Part shown: positions 18,379 to 27,544 of the stretch, piece after piece
Layout of the letters: every line of letters starts with the position of its first letter
Numbering within the stretch: the stretch's first letter is position 1
Origin: Legionella tucsonensis
GTDB taxonomy: Bacteria > Pseudomonadota > Gammaproteobacteria > Legionellales > Legionellaceae
Length of the DNA stretch: 32,000 bases
NCBI RefSeq assembly: GCF_001468035.1
Contig: NZ_LNZA01000001.1
Span: 1,275,313-1,307,312, forward strand
Direction of reading: 5' to 3'
The notes under the pieces: generated by a model
Databases searched by the model: none
Told to the model about the DNA's origin: nothing
The model's input: only the letters and a program-made list of their open reading frames with translations
Position numbers and translations under genes: made by a program

Positions 18379-19563
18379 CTATGCTTCTACAACGCCTAAA
18401 TTTGCGTTATCTACAGTATATGAGTGAGCACCTGTTCCAGCAAACCTGCCTTTATCCACAATAAGGTATACATCACGAATAGGGCGTCCTTCTAGCCAAC
18501 ACTCCAAAATTTCACGTGTCCCTGCAGCATAACGCGCTTGCGCGGACAGAGAACTTCCAGAAACATGCGGGGTCATACCATGATGAGGCATTGTTCGCCA
18601 CGGATGGTCTTTAGGTGCAGGTTGTGGAAACCATACATCACCTGCATAGCCAGCAAGTTGACCCTTTTCACAGGCATTCACCACTGCTTCGCGATTACAT
18701 ATTTTTCCTCGAGCAGTATTGATTAAATAAGATCCGCGGTTCATTTTATTAATCAAGTGCTCGTCAAATAAATTTTCAGTTTCAGGTGTTAAAGGGCAGT
18801 TAATAGTTACTACATCGCACGCTTGGACCAGAGATTCAACATGATTATGAAAAACAAGGCCTAACTCTTTTTCGGTTTTCTCCGGTAATCGATGACGATC
18901 GGTATAATGCAGCTTAACATCAAAAGGCTTTAAGCGTTTCATGACTGCCAAGCCAATACGTCCACACGCGACGGAACCTACCGTCATTCCTTCCAGATCG
19001 TATGAGCGCACAACACAGTCAGCGATATTCCATCCTTTTTGAATAACCCATTGATTCGATGGCAAATAATTACGTACCAAAGAGAGGATCATCATGACCA
19101 CATGCTCAGCGACACTGATACTGTTTGAATAGGTTACTTCAGCGACTGTAATGTTATTTTCTTTTGCTGCTTGCAAGTCCACATGATCAGAACCAATACC
19201 CGCTGTAATTACCAATTTCAATTTTTTTGCTTTAGCAATTCGTTCAGGGGTTAAATAAGCCGGCCAAAAAGGTTGGGAAATGATAACATCAGCATCAAGT
19301 AATTCTTTTTCAAAAACAGAATTTGGACCTTCCTTATCTGAAGTCACCACAAATTGGTGTCCTTGTGCTTCAAGAAATTGACGTAAACCCAACTCACCAG
19401 ATACTGAACCAAGCAAAGTACCTGGTTTAAAATCAAGATATCTCGGTGTAGGTGCATTTTGTCCATCAGGGTAGTGTTCTATTTTGGGAAGTGTATCCCG
19501 TGCATAGTACTTGGGATACCCATTAATTGGATCATCATAGAGAATGCAAAGAACTTTAGCCAT
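18379..19563 (-). CDS. fdh: NAD-dependent formate dehydrogenase (D-2-hydroxyacid dehydrogenase superfamily)
   Basis: MAKVLCILYDDPINGYPKYYARD...GSVSGELGLRQFLE...VTYSNSISVAEHVVMMIL...VGSVACGRIG match the classical FDH N-terminus and Rossmann motif. Start ATG 19563 is chosen because the protein alignment begins at MAKVLC; the ORF-track start at 19626 adds 21 unsupported residues. Confidence 0.92.
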   Translation of the reverse strand: MAKVLCILYDDPINGYPKYYARDTLPKIEHYPDGQNAPTPRYLDFKPGTLLGSVSGELGLRQFLEAQGHQFVVTSDKEGPNSVFEKELLDADVIISQPFWPAYLTPERIAKAKKLKLVITAGIGSDHVDLQAAKENNITVAEVTYSNSISVAEHVVMMILSLVRNYLPSNQWVIQKGWNIADCVVRSYDLEGMTVGSVACGRIGLAVMKRLKPFDVKLHYTDRHRLPEKTEKELGLVFHNHVESLVQACDVVTINCPLTPETENLFDEHLINKMNRGSYLINTARGKICNREAVVNACEKGQLAGYAGDVWFPQPAPKDHPWRTMPHHGMTPHVSGSSLSAQARYAAGTREILECWLEGRPIRDVYLIVDKGRFAGTGAHSYTVDNANLGVVEA

Positions 19564-19760
19564 GCATTTTTCCTTAAATAAAATGGTTAAATTGAATTTC
19601 AACGTCCAAGTTTCTAGCACGAACAAGTGACACAGATGATAGAAACATTTAACTTAGCATTGTAAGTCCTAATCAATACTAAAATCATAGGATTAACATA
19701 ATGAATTTATTCTGTTAACTTGTAAACTATTATCGCTAAATAAATTTTTTGATGATGTTC

Positions 19761-19788
19761 TATAAAAGACTCATATCGCTATGAGTCT
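19761..19788 (-). terminator. Intrinsic terminator of the small 19807..20133 gene
   Basis: AGACTCATA and TATGAGTCT form a 9-bp stem with a 4-nt loop (19767-19788), followed on the minus strand by TTTATA. Confidence 0.55.
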
Positions 19789-19806
19789 CTCTCAGATAAT
19801 CGCTAA

Positions 19807-20133
19807 CTAGGGATTATATCCTCGTTTTTGCTCTAGATTAGATTGCTCACCTTTTATTTCTAATCCTGGATACTCCTTTTTTAGCACCGCAATAGCGTCT
19901 TGAGCAAACTCTGGGGTAATGGTTATTTTTAACCGCTCTGAATGTAATTGCCCAATTGATTCCACAAAAAATTGCTTGCCGTTTTCAAAAGAATGTTGCT
20001 TTTTACTTTGATCGTTGCAAATTGCTAAAAGTGCATGATATCCAAAAATCATATCTCCAACTTTATCTAATGTTCCATCTCTCATAACTAGAGAACCATT
20101 ACCTTGTAGTTCAACTGTTGTTTTATATTTCAT
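19807..20133 (-). CDS. Hypothetical small protein (108 aa)
   Basis: ATG 20133 is preceded by GAGGAAG. A terminator hairpin lies downstream. I recognised no motif. Confidence 0.55.
   Translation of the reverse strand: MKYKTTVELQGNGSLVMRDGTLDKVGDMIFGYHALLAICNDQSKKQHSFENGKQFFVESIGQLHSERLKITITPEFAQDAIAVLKKEYPGLEIKGEQSNLEQKRGYNP
19819..19834 (-). repeat. Direct repeat copy A (TCCTCGTTTTTGCTCT on the + strand), within the last codons of the small gene
   Basis: A 16-nt exact match to 20139-20154. The similarity extends to about 23 nt with a 1-nt indel (ATTATaTCCTCG versus ATTATctTCCTCG). Confidence 0.85.
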
Positions 20134-20138
20134 TATCT

Positions 20139-20154
20139 TCCTCGTTTTTGCTCT
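20139..20154 (-). repeat. Direct repeat copy B, covering the RBS/5' leader of the same small gene
   Basis: Exact 16-nt copy, located exactly 320 nt from copy A. Confidence 0.85.
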
Positions 20155-20434
20155 GTCTGAATATAATTTTAGCACTTTTAAAAAAATATTTGACTTATTT
20201 TTTAGGTAAAAAACTTTATCTTAGACAAAAAATAAATTTAATATGATGAATTTTTAAAAAATTATTGAACAAAACAAATATTGCTGCACCTGATTACAGA
20301 TAAGATCGGATAATAGTCAAGTAGAGCAGGGTAAGATACAATAATTCTATTGATTGAAATAAAAAATCTAAGAGTGAATATAACATATGGTTTCTGTGAA
20401 TATTCTAAGAAAAGGGACGTTCAGGTCTTAGCTT

Positions 20435-21643
20435 ATGAGTGAAATCTTACACGCTAATATCAAGATAGAATTTGCAAACACGTTACGAGGTTTTGCAGCA
20501 CTATTTGTTGTACTCTCTCATTATTTAAGCACGTTTTGGTATAAGAGGGAATCCGTTGCTCATCTGATTCATGCACCACTACTATCCTCCGAAATACATG
20601 CAACACCGATGTATGTTGTATGGCTTAACTTATTTCCTCTATTTGATTGGGGAGCTTATGGAGTAGGTTTATTTTTTATTATCAGTGGTTTTGTTATTCC
20701 TTTTTCACTCCAAAGAACAAATAGCATAGGCTTTTGTGTCAATCGTCTTTTTCGTATTATTCCAACCTACGTCATAGGATTTAGCATTACTTTATTAGCT
20801 CTTTTTTTATGCGGAAAGTATTTTTTAACATCATGGCCATACTCCTTTCAAGATGCATTAATTCACTACATCCCAGGAATTCGAGATATTCTTGGTTCAA
20901 GAAATATAGATGTAATTATCTGGACTCTTGAAGTAGAAATGAAATTTTATCTTATTGCGGCTTTATCAATTGCTTGGTTTCGCAATAACTCACTCAAGGT
21001 TTTTTTAATTCCTGCGGTTTTATTTCTAGTGACCTGTTATATGTCGCACATGATCCCCGAATGGGCAATAAAAAATTTACCTGCCTTTATCAGAGCAGAA
21101 ATATATATGATGTCATCGCCATATATTATTTTTATGTTTATTGGTGTAGTGTTCCACTATTTATACTGTTATAAAATTGCACCCGATAGAGGATATTTTT
21201 TAATAGGTATTTTATTTGTCATGTTTTGCATTGCATGGTGGACTGGACCTTATTCAGAAAACTTAATATTGGCTTGGAGTTATGCTTTTGCTTTACTGAC
21301 TTTTATGTTTGCCTATATATTTCCTCATTTTTTTAAAGCAAACCCCCTGGTTAATTTTTTAGCTGATATTAGTTATCCTTTGTATATCGTGCATAGTATT
21401 GCAGGTTATGTTTTCCTTCGAGTAATGCTTGATATGAATTTTAAAATTTGGACTGCACTCGCTTTAATTTTTATTGGCTCTCTATTATTGTCTTGGTTTC
21501 TCCATGCATTTATTGAGCGGCCTACACAGAAATTGGGAAGAAAATATGCAACAAAACGAAATGCGAACTCTTTAAAGATGCCAACCTTGCTAGAAACAGC
21601 AATAAAGTTATTGCGATTTAAACAATCAAGAAAATTAACTTAG
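20435..21643 (+). CDS. Acyltransferase family 3 membrane protein (no SGNH domain)
   Basis: The N-terminus LRGFAALFVVLSHY is followed by about 10 TM helices, with the C-terminal IERPTQKLGRK motif typical of AT3 proteins. Confidence 0.88.
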   Translation: MSEILHANIKIEFANTLRGFAALFVVLSHYLSTFWYKRESVAHLIHAPLLSSEIHATPMYVVWLNLFPLFDWGAYGVGLFFIISGFVIPFSLQRTNSIGFCVNRLFRIIPTYVIGFSITLLALFLCGKYFLTSWPYSFQDALIHYIPGIRDILGSRNIDVIIWTLEVEMKFYLIAALSIAWFRNNSLKVFLIPAVLFLVTCYMSHMIPEWAIKNLPAFIRAEIYMMSSPYIIFMFIGVVFHYLYCYKIAPDRGYFLIGILFVMFCIAWWTGPYSENLILAWSYAFALLTFMFAYIFPHFFKANPLVNFLADISYPLYIVHSIAGYVFLRVMLDMNFKIWTALALIFIGSLLLSWFLHAFIERPTQKLGRKYATKRNANSLKMPTLLETAIKLLRFKQSRKLT

Positions 21644-21650
21644 GAATTAT

Positions 21651-22550
21651 ATGTCAGCTTACGAAACCATTTTAAGCAAGCAAGAGAAAAAATGGCTTTT
21701 AGACCGACGCATCACAAGACTCTCTGACAACAAAGAGGTTCAAATATATCCCATGGGAGCTGAGCGCTATTTAGCATCCGCTTTGGCTGAACACCAAAAA
21801 AATCGATATAATATTCGAGCTGATATTGAGGAAAAAAATGTTTTGGTTATTCCTGGATATGGGAACAGTAGTTTTTTATTTGCGCTAGCAGGTGCAAAAT
21901 CAATTACTGCCTATGATAAAGATCCCGTTACGATCGCTTGGATGAAAGCATTTAAAAAGTATTACCTTTATCGTGAATACGATACTCAAGAAAATCCATT
22001 ACCATCGATTGGTGAATTGTTTGCTGCACTGACATGCTGGTATCCCCCGTTAGTGACTTTATCGAGCGGGAAATTGGCTCATTTTTTATTCTGGGCAATT
22101 CATCCTAATTCATTAAGACGAGCCTATATTCATTACATGGTGTCACTGGTTCAACGTGCGATTCAATCCTCAAAACAAACTAATTTTGAATTGGATAAAA
22201 ACATCCAATTTCATGTAGGCACAGTGGATAAGATATTGATGAGTGATAAAAAGCAGACTTTTGATACTGCTTTTGTTCCATATCTTTTAGGTGTTGAAAA
22301 TGGGATAGAAAAAGAAAAAGATATAAAGCACTTTATTGAACAATTAATCACAATTGTTCCTAATGGACATATACTAGTTACTCCATCAAGGAGCACGAAA
22401 GAGTACTATTTCACGGGGAAAAGTTATTTTGTAACAACAGGTTACTCAGACATTCAAGCTATTCCTGAATTAAAAAAGTATGCTATTGGAGAGGATAAAT
22501 ACTGGTTTCGTACGCAAGGCCTGGCACTGTTTGGAACCCATCACTGTTAA
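21651..22550 (+). CDS. Hypothetical protein, divergent class I SAM-methyltransferase-like fold (tentative)
   Basis: It starts 8 nt after the AT3 gene. Putative motif I is VLVIPGYGNS, the beta-2 acidic residue is in SITAYDKDP, motif IV-like is FDTAFVPYLL, and LITIVPNGHILV follows. A large insertion separates them. The fold assignment is by eye only. Confidence 0.5.
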   Translation: MSAYETILSKQEKKWLLDRRITRLSDNKEVQIYPMGAERYLASALAEHQKNRYNIRADIEEKNVLVIPGYGNSSFLFALAGAKSITAYDKDPVTIAWMKAFKKYYLYREYDTQENPLPSIGELFAALTCWYPPLVTLSSGKLAHFLFWAIHPNSLRRAYIHYMVSLVQRAIQSSKQTNFELDKNIQFHVGTVDKILMSDKKQTFDTAFVPYLLGVENGIEKEKDIKHFIEQLITIVPNGHILVTPSRSTKEYYFTGKSYFVTTGYSDIQAIPELKKYAIGEDKYWFRTQGLALFGTHHC

Positions 22551-22559
22551 ATTTTAGTT

Positions 22560-22700
22560 GTTGTTACCGATAAAGGGTATAATTATTCTGCGGTAAGAAA
22601 TCAAATAACTGCAGCGGGTAAAACACTAGTTATTCCTCGCAGGGATGAGGCTGTTTGTCCCGGAGTTCAAACTCAGCAAGTAGATTATAAAGGTAATAAA
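22560..22700 (+). mobile_element. IS5-family (DDE) transposase remnant, about 47 codons
   Basis: The translation VVTDKGYNYSAVRNQITAAGKTLVIPRRDEAVCPGVQTQQVDYKGNKI fits the IS5-group pattern aDKGYds..R..l...G...vIP.R.n......d...Yk.RN.IE. There is no start, no upstream catalytic region and no inverted repeats. Confidence 0.65.
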
Positions 22701-22702
22701 AT

Positions 22703-23560
22703 ATGTATGGATTTTTTGATTTTAAGACACTTAATATGTCATTAAAATTAACGGTACAAGATAGAATATTTATCTATATATTTAATCAGGCAAATCATAC
22801 AAAAAAAATTGAACTAATTAAAAACCAGAAAATTGAGACAATTGCTCGAATTGCTTATCACTTCACTTCCATCGAAGTATTTTGTAATCATTCAGAATTA
22901 AAAGAACATTGGGGAAAAATATGGTGTGCCTATGGCGTGGCTTTAGCGCAGCAAAAAAATTTACCCTTGATGATTTTTTTTTCCCAACCGCAATTAAATC
23001 AATTTGATTTAGTACGAGGAGCCTATTTTTTTCATCTCTCACAAGAAATAAGAAAAAACATGAAGAATGATTTTGGATTTTCTGAAATTGAATCAATCAA
23101 AATTGCAATTCGATACGGTTCAGTTCATGCAATAAAACGTTACAATGAATACATTTACTATAAATTACAACAAGCTAGTACTGAAGAGTCCGATAGTCTT
23201 TACCAAGAACTTATCACCAATAGTAAACTTATGCTTCCGCATTATGGCAGTTATGGTTATATGGTTTTGGCTGATGCAATATCTTGTTACTGCTTATGGT
23301 TACTTAATAATTTTAAAATTGAAGAAGCCCAAGCCGAATATAAGCATGTTTTAAAATCGTTGGATTATGCAGAGTTAATTTTAAACGAAAGCAAATACAG
23401 TATACAAAATGCCAGTATAGGCGTAGGCCTTAAATGCAGTAATTCTATGGGGTTTGAAGTGCCATCACAAGCCAAAGATTTTTTTATTGCATATTATAAG
23501 AAATCAATTGCAGCAACCCAAGATTCTGACTCGCTCAGACCGGTTTTTGCTCCAAATTAA
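22703..23560 (+). CDS. Hypothetical protein (285 aa, predicted all-helical orphan)
   Basis: A long ORF starting at the edge of the IS relic. ATG 22736 (MSLKLTV) is an alternative start. I recognised no family motif. Confidence 0.6.
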   Translation: MYGFFDFKTLNMSLKLTVQDRIFIYIFNQANHTKKIELIKNQKIETIARIAYHFTSIEVFCNHSELKEHWGKIWCAYGVALAQQKNLPLMIFFSQPQLNQFDLVRGAYFFHLSQEIRKNMKNDFGFSEIESIKIAIRYGSVHAIKRYNEYIYYKLQQASTEESDSLYQELITNSKLMLPHYGSYGYMVLADAISCYCLWLLNNFKIEEAQAEYKHVLKSLDYAELILNESKYSIQNASIGVGLKCSNSMGFEVPSQAKDFFIAYYKKSIAATQDSDSLRPVFAPN

Positions 23561-23627
23561 AACAAATGGTCTATATTATAAATAATTACAATGATCCTTA
23601 TTTTAATAAATAAGGGAGGTTATGAAC

Positions 23628-24320
23628 ATGTCCCCCAGAATTTATATCTCTTATACAATTACTCCAAACAAAGAACTTGTGATCTCAAGTTATCATGAAA
23701 AAGTCCAATCCATGATTAATGGTTTTGCTTTAATTAAAAAGGATGGTTTAAAACCCGGCGATTTAAAAAAACTAGAGGGAGCCCTTCCTGAACACTACGA
23801 TAATTACGACGTAAAAAATAAACTGATTGAATTATTAACAACCATTGAAAAAAGTGGGGATTTTGATAAAGTAACCTATAGGGGCGATTTAAACCTCTGT
23901 ACTCACAAGAAAGAAGATTTGGCACCATTTTTATTTGATGGCACGTTAAATGACTTTTTCTCTGGAAAAGAAGTTCAGTTAATTTTAGAGTCAGCTAATT
24001 ACGAATATGTAGAAGGTGCTATAGAGTTTGCAGATAAAATAGGAATGACTGGTGCCACTTTGCAAACTAAATCTGCAACTACAGAAGTACTATCTAAAAC
24101 TTACCCACCATTAGAAGCCAATAAGAGTAAAACGGAAACAACTATTCCAGTACCAGAGACCGGGGCGCTTGCTCAGTCTGAGGCTGATATTAAAGACCCC
24201 CATACTTTAAGCGATGCCTTAGGGAAAGTTGGAATTTTTAATACTACAAGTACTGAAACCAATACCACGCCGACACATGAGGTCTTGAGGCCAGGATTTA
24301 CTACTAAAATAGACGAATGA
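23628..24320 (+). CDS. Hypothetical protein (about 230 aa: folded N-terminal region plus T/S/E-rich disordered tail)
   Basis: A strong SD, AAGGGAGG (23612-23619), is well spaced for ATG 23628 and too close to ATG 23622. The C-terminal ~80 aa is low complexity (TETTIPVPETG...TTSTETNTTPTHE). Confidence 0.6.
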   Translation: MSPRIYISYTITPNKELVISSYHEKVQSMINGFALIKKDGLKPGDLKKLEGALPEHYDNYDVKNKLIELLTTIEKSGDFDKVTYRGDLNLCTHKKEDLAPFLFDGTLNDFFSGKEVQLILESANYEYVEGAIEFADKIGMTGATLQTKSATTEVLSKTYPPLEANKSKTETTIPVPETGALAQSEADIKDPHTLSDALGKVGIFNTTSTETNTTPTHEVLRPGFTTKIDE

Positions 24321-24625
24321 GAACTCTTCTTAGAGGAAAAATAAAAGGAGCATCCTCTACATTTCAAGTATCTTATCATCTTATTACTGAATTCAACAAA
24401 AGCCATAAATTCATACGGACTCAGTTGTCTCTCGGCCATGATGATTTTTGGCATAAATATAAGACTTTAAGATCACTATATCCTATATGTTTTAATTGAA
24501 AGTTGTTTTAAATTATGTAAGGCACTAGAATTTTTTAGCAATTTATTCGATCATCCAAATTATATTTATAAAAATTTTTGGCCAGATTATGGAAAATCAT
24601 TTAGAGGTTTTAATGAGAGATAAAT

Positions 24626-25633
24626 ATGTACATGTGGTTTGAACTCTTAGTTATGTTGATTCTTATCTTAATCTCAGCACAACTATTTTCTAATGCGTTA
24701 GAGCATTTTGGTGAAAGATTGGATATTTCAACCGGTGTCACGGGTTCAGTATTCGCAGCTATATCTACTGCACTTCCAGAAACTACGGTACCAGTTTTGG
24801 CAATAATTGCGGGAACCACTGATCGACAAGTTAATGAAGAAATTGGTGTAGGGGCAATTTTAGGTGCTCCATTAATGTTATCAACTTTATCAACCTTTAT
24901 TATGGCTTCTTCAGTAATTAAAAAGCGGGGGATTAAGGGATGGATAACACCAGAAATTACCGGCTTTAAACGAGACATGAATTTTTTCTTAATGGCATTC
25001 ACGCTTGCTGCTGTAGCAATGTTTCTTCCCTTAGAGCCAAATTACTCTATCCGTACTTTATTTTGCATCATACTTATTTTTCTTTATTTTCTTTATTTAA
25101 TGCTTACATTCAGTGCTTCTAAAACTTTGGTAAAAAACGGCCATGCGGTAATAACAAATGAGCCTTTATTAATAACCAAAGTGGGTTTAAAAACCAATCT
25201 TAAAACAATTTTATTCCAATTAATTTTGGGACTAATCCTATTGGTATTTAGTGCAAAAGGATTCATTCATGGAGTTGAGGGAGCGGCAAATTCTATTGGT
25301 ATATCTGTGTTGCTTTTATCATTATTGATCATCCCCATCGCAACAGAATTACCAGAAAAAGTGAACAGCGTAATCTGGGTAAGAAAAGGTCAAGATACTC
25401 TTGGTTTTGGCAATATAACCGGGGCAATGGTCTTTCAAGGCACTTTACTTCCGGCATTAGGAATACTTTTAACACCTTGGGCACCATCTAGAATAGTACT
25501 AACAGGTATTCTAGTAACTTACATTGCTGCAGCATGGCTAAGGTTCAATATTTCAGCGAATGGAATTAAGATTAAGATATTATTTTTTAACGGAATTTTA
25601 TACTTAACCTATCTAGGAATAGTGCTTTTATAA
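24626..25633 (+). CDS. Sodium/calcium exchanger (CaCA) family membrane protein
   Basis: Two alpha-repeat-like segments are present: GVTGSVFAAISTALPETTV and ELPEKVNSVIWVRKGQDTLGFGNITGAMVFQGTL. About 10 TM helices are predicted. Confidence 0.78.
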   Translation: MYMWFELLVMLILILISAQLFSNALEHFGERLDISTGVTGSVFAAISTALPETTVPVLAIIAGTTDRQVNEEIGVGAILGAPLMLSTLSTFIMASSVIKKRGIKGWITPEITGFKRDMNFFLMAFTLAAVAMFLPLEPNYSIRTLFCIILIFLYFLYLMLTFSASKTLVKNGHAVITNEPLLITKVGLKTNLKTILFQLILGLILLVFSAKGFIHGVEGAANSIGISVLLLSLLIIPIATELPEKVNSVIWVRKGQDTLGFGNITGAMVFQGTLLPALGILLTPWAPSRIVLTGILVTYIAAAWLRFNISANGIKIKILFFNGILYLTYLGIVLL

Positions 25634-25754
25634 AAATACATGCGAGAAGCTAAAATGGGCTGCTGCATCATATTTAATAGGTTGTAACCTCATCTAATAG
25701 GCATGATAATAAGCGACTGAGCCTAATTCTTTGAGTAAACGGAGTATATGCTTT

Positions 25755-26993
25755 ATGAAATATGATGCTGTAGTCCTCGGAGGCGGAATTATTGGAGTTT
25801 CAGTTGCAATTCATTTGCAAAGGCGAGGACGGTTGGTGGCATTAGTTGATGTGAAGTCTCCAGGAAGTGAGACCTCATATGGTAACGCTGGATTAATTCA
25901 GCGTGAAGGGGTATATCCTTATGCATTTCCAAGAGATATTTTCTCTTTAATTAAATATGCTCTAAACAGTTCTCCTGATGTTAGATATCACCCTAAAGCA
26001 ATCCTGAAGCTTGCGCCTTTTCTATGGAAATACTGGCTTAATTCTCATTCATTACGCCATGCAGAGATCGCTCGCGCCTATGTAAACTTAATTCAACATA
26101 GTATAACGGAACATTATTTTTTAGCCGAAGCCGCAGGAGTAAGACACTTATTTCGCTCAGGCGGATGGATCAAAGTATTCCGTACAGCAAAAAAACAAGA
26201 TACTGAAACACGATTTGCCGAGAAATGTAAAACTGAGTTTGACATTCAGTTTGAGTCTCTTGACCAGAATTCATTAAGTCAAATTGAGCCAGATCTGGAC
26301 AAATCATTGTTAGGCGCTCTTCGATATGTAGATTCTGAAACTGTGAACGATCCCGGAGCACTGGTTACTGCTTATGTCAATTATTTTGAACAACTTGGGG
26401 GTCGCTTTTTTTGGGGTGACGCATTCACTTTATCCAATCAATGGACAGTCAAAACGGAGCAGGGTCAAATTAAGGCAAATTCTGCAGTGATTGCGTTAGG
26501 GCCATGGTCTGACATTTTATGTTCTCAGCTAGGATATCACTTTCCGCTAGCAGTCAAACGTGGATATCATATGCATTATGGCATGAGGCAAAACGCACAA
26601 CTCAATCACCCAGTACTCGATGTTGAGAATGGTTACCTACTAGCACCCATGACCCGCGGAATTCGTCTTACTACCGGGGCAGAATTTGCACCACGTGATT
26701 CACAGAAAACTCCAGTACAACTTGATTTAGTAGAGCCCATTGCACGTACACTTTTTCCAATTACCAAACGACTTGATGAGTTTCCCTGGATGGGATGCAG
26801 GCCCTGTACACCGGATATGCTCCCAATTATTAGTCAAGCTCCTCGACATACCGAACTTTGGTTTGCATTTGGGCATGCTCATCACGGTTTGACTCTCGGG
26901 CCGGTTACAGGTCGTTTGCTTGCGGAAATGATGACAGCAGAGGACTTAATCACCGATCCATTACCTTTTAGTGCGAGCCGATTTGCTCCATAA
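25755..26993 (+). CDS. FAD-dependent oxidoreductase (DAO / D-amino-acid dehydrogenase-like family)
   Basis: MKYDAVVLGGGIIGVSVAIHLQRRGRLVALVD is the dinucleotide-binding fold, and the C-terminus carries GHAHHGLTLGPVTGRLLAEMM. ATG 25755 is preferred over TTG 25731. Confidence 0.88.
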   Translation: MKYDAVVLGGGIIGVSVAIHLQRRGRLVALVDVKSPGSETSYGNAGLIQREGVYPYAFPRDIFSLIKYALNSSPDVRYHPKAILKLAPFLWKYWLNSHSLRHAEIARAYVNLIQHSITEHYFLAEAAGVRHLFRSGGWIKVFRTAKKQDTETRFAEKCKTEFDIQFESLDQNSLSQIEPDLDKSLLGALRYVDSETVNDPGALVTAYVNYFEQLGGRFFWGDAFTLSNQWTVKTEQGQIKANSAVIALGPWSDILCSQLGYHFPLAVKRGYHMHYGMRQNAQLNHPVLDVENGYLLAPMTRGIRLTTGAEFAPRDSQKTPVQLDLVEPIARTLFPITKRLDEFPWMGCRPCTPDMLPIISQAPRHTELWFAFGHAHHGLTLGPVTGRLLAEMMTAEDLITDPLPFSASRFAP

Positions 26994-27063
26994 GATAATT
27001 CGGCACCATGTCAACACACCGTATTACATAATGATCGGATTGGTGCCCTAGTAGGAGATATAA

Positions 27064-27492
27064 ATGAATGCCCCCATAACTATCATTACTGATTTTAAAG
27101 AAAACGAAGCCATTTCTAGAATCATCTATGAAAATTTAAAAAAATTTAATGAGACAATCATTGGCAATTATGAAGCAAAACCTTTTATCATTTATGCAAA
27201 AAATGATACCTCTGAGATTTTTGGTGGTATTAAAGGAGATATATTTGGTACGTTATGTAGAGTATTTACCGTTTGGACTCACGAAAAATATCGTGGTAAA
27301 GGACTCGGTCGAGAACTATTTGTGACACTGGATGCTTTTGCAAAAGAAAACCATTGTAAAATGATTCAACTAGATACTGCGGAATTCCAAGCAAAGGGGT
27401 TCTATGAGAAAATGGGTTATCAAGTTATAGCGACATTACCAGATAATTTTATGGGTTATACCAGCTACATTTTGAGAAAATATTTGATTTAG
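27064..27492 (+). CDS. GNAT family N-acetyltransferase
   Basis: The acetyl-CoA binding motif is present: HEKYRGKGLGRELFVTLDAFAKE ... AKGFYEKMGY. Confidence 0.85.
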   Translation: MNAPITIITDFKENEAISRIIYENLKKFNETIIGNYEAKPFIIYAKNDTSEIFGGIKGDIFGTLCRVFTVWTHEKYRGKGLGRELFVTLDAFAKENHCKMIQLDTAEFQAKGFYEKMGYQVIATLPDNFMGYTSYILRKYLI

Positions 27493-27544
27493 GGTGTAAA
27501 CAAATATTTAAAATATCCAGATTGTTTATTTGAACATGAAGTGT

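Noticed and set aside
23596-23615. Hairpin CCTTATT/AATAAGG overlapping the SD of the 23628 gene (possible translational control)
   Set aside because: The stem is only 7 bp and mostly A-T (5 of 7 pairs), so it is weak. Such pairings are expected by chance in this composition.
23880-24040. YRGD followed by S- and E-containing motifs in the 230-aa orphan, reminiscent of the R-S-ExE ADP-ribosyltransferase triad
   Set aside because: The spacing is far too compressed, with everything within about 50 aa. There is no STS or clear ExE with the expected hydrophobic context, so the resemblance is probably coincidental.
24321-24625. ORFs 24317..24499 (+) and 24173..24454 (-) in the gap before the CaCA gene
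   Set aside because: They overlap each other, and one overlaps the preceding gene's 3' end. They have no SD and an odd composition, so they are most likely noise in an AT-rich spacer.
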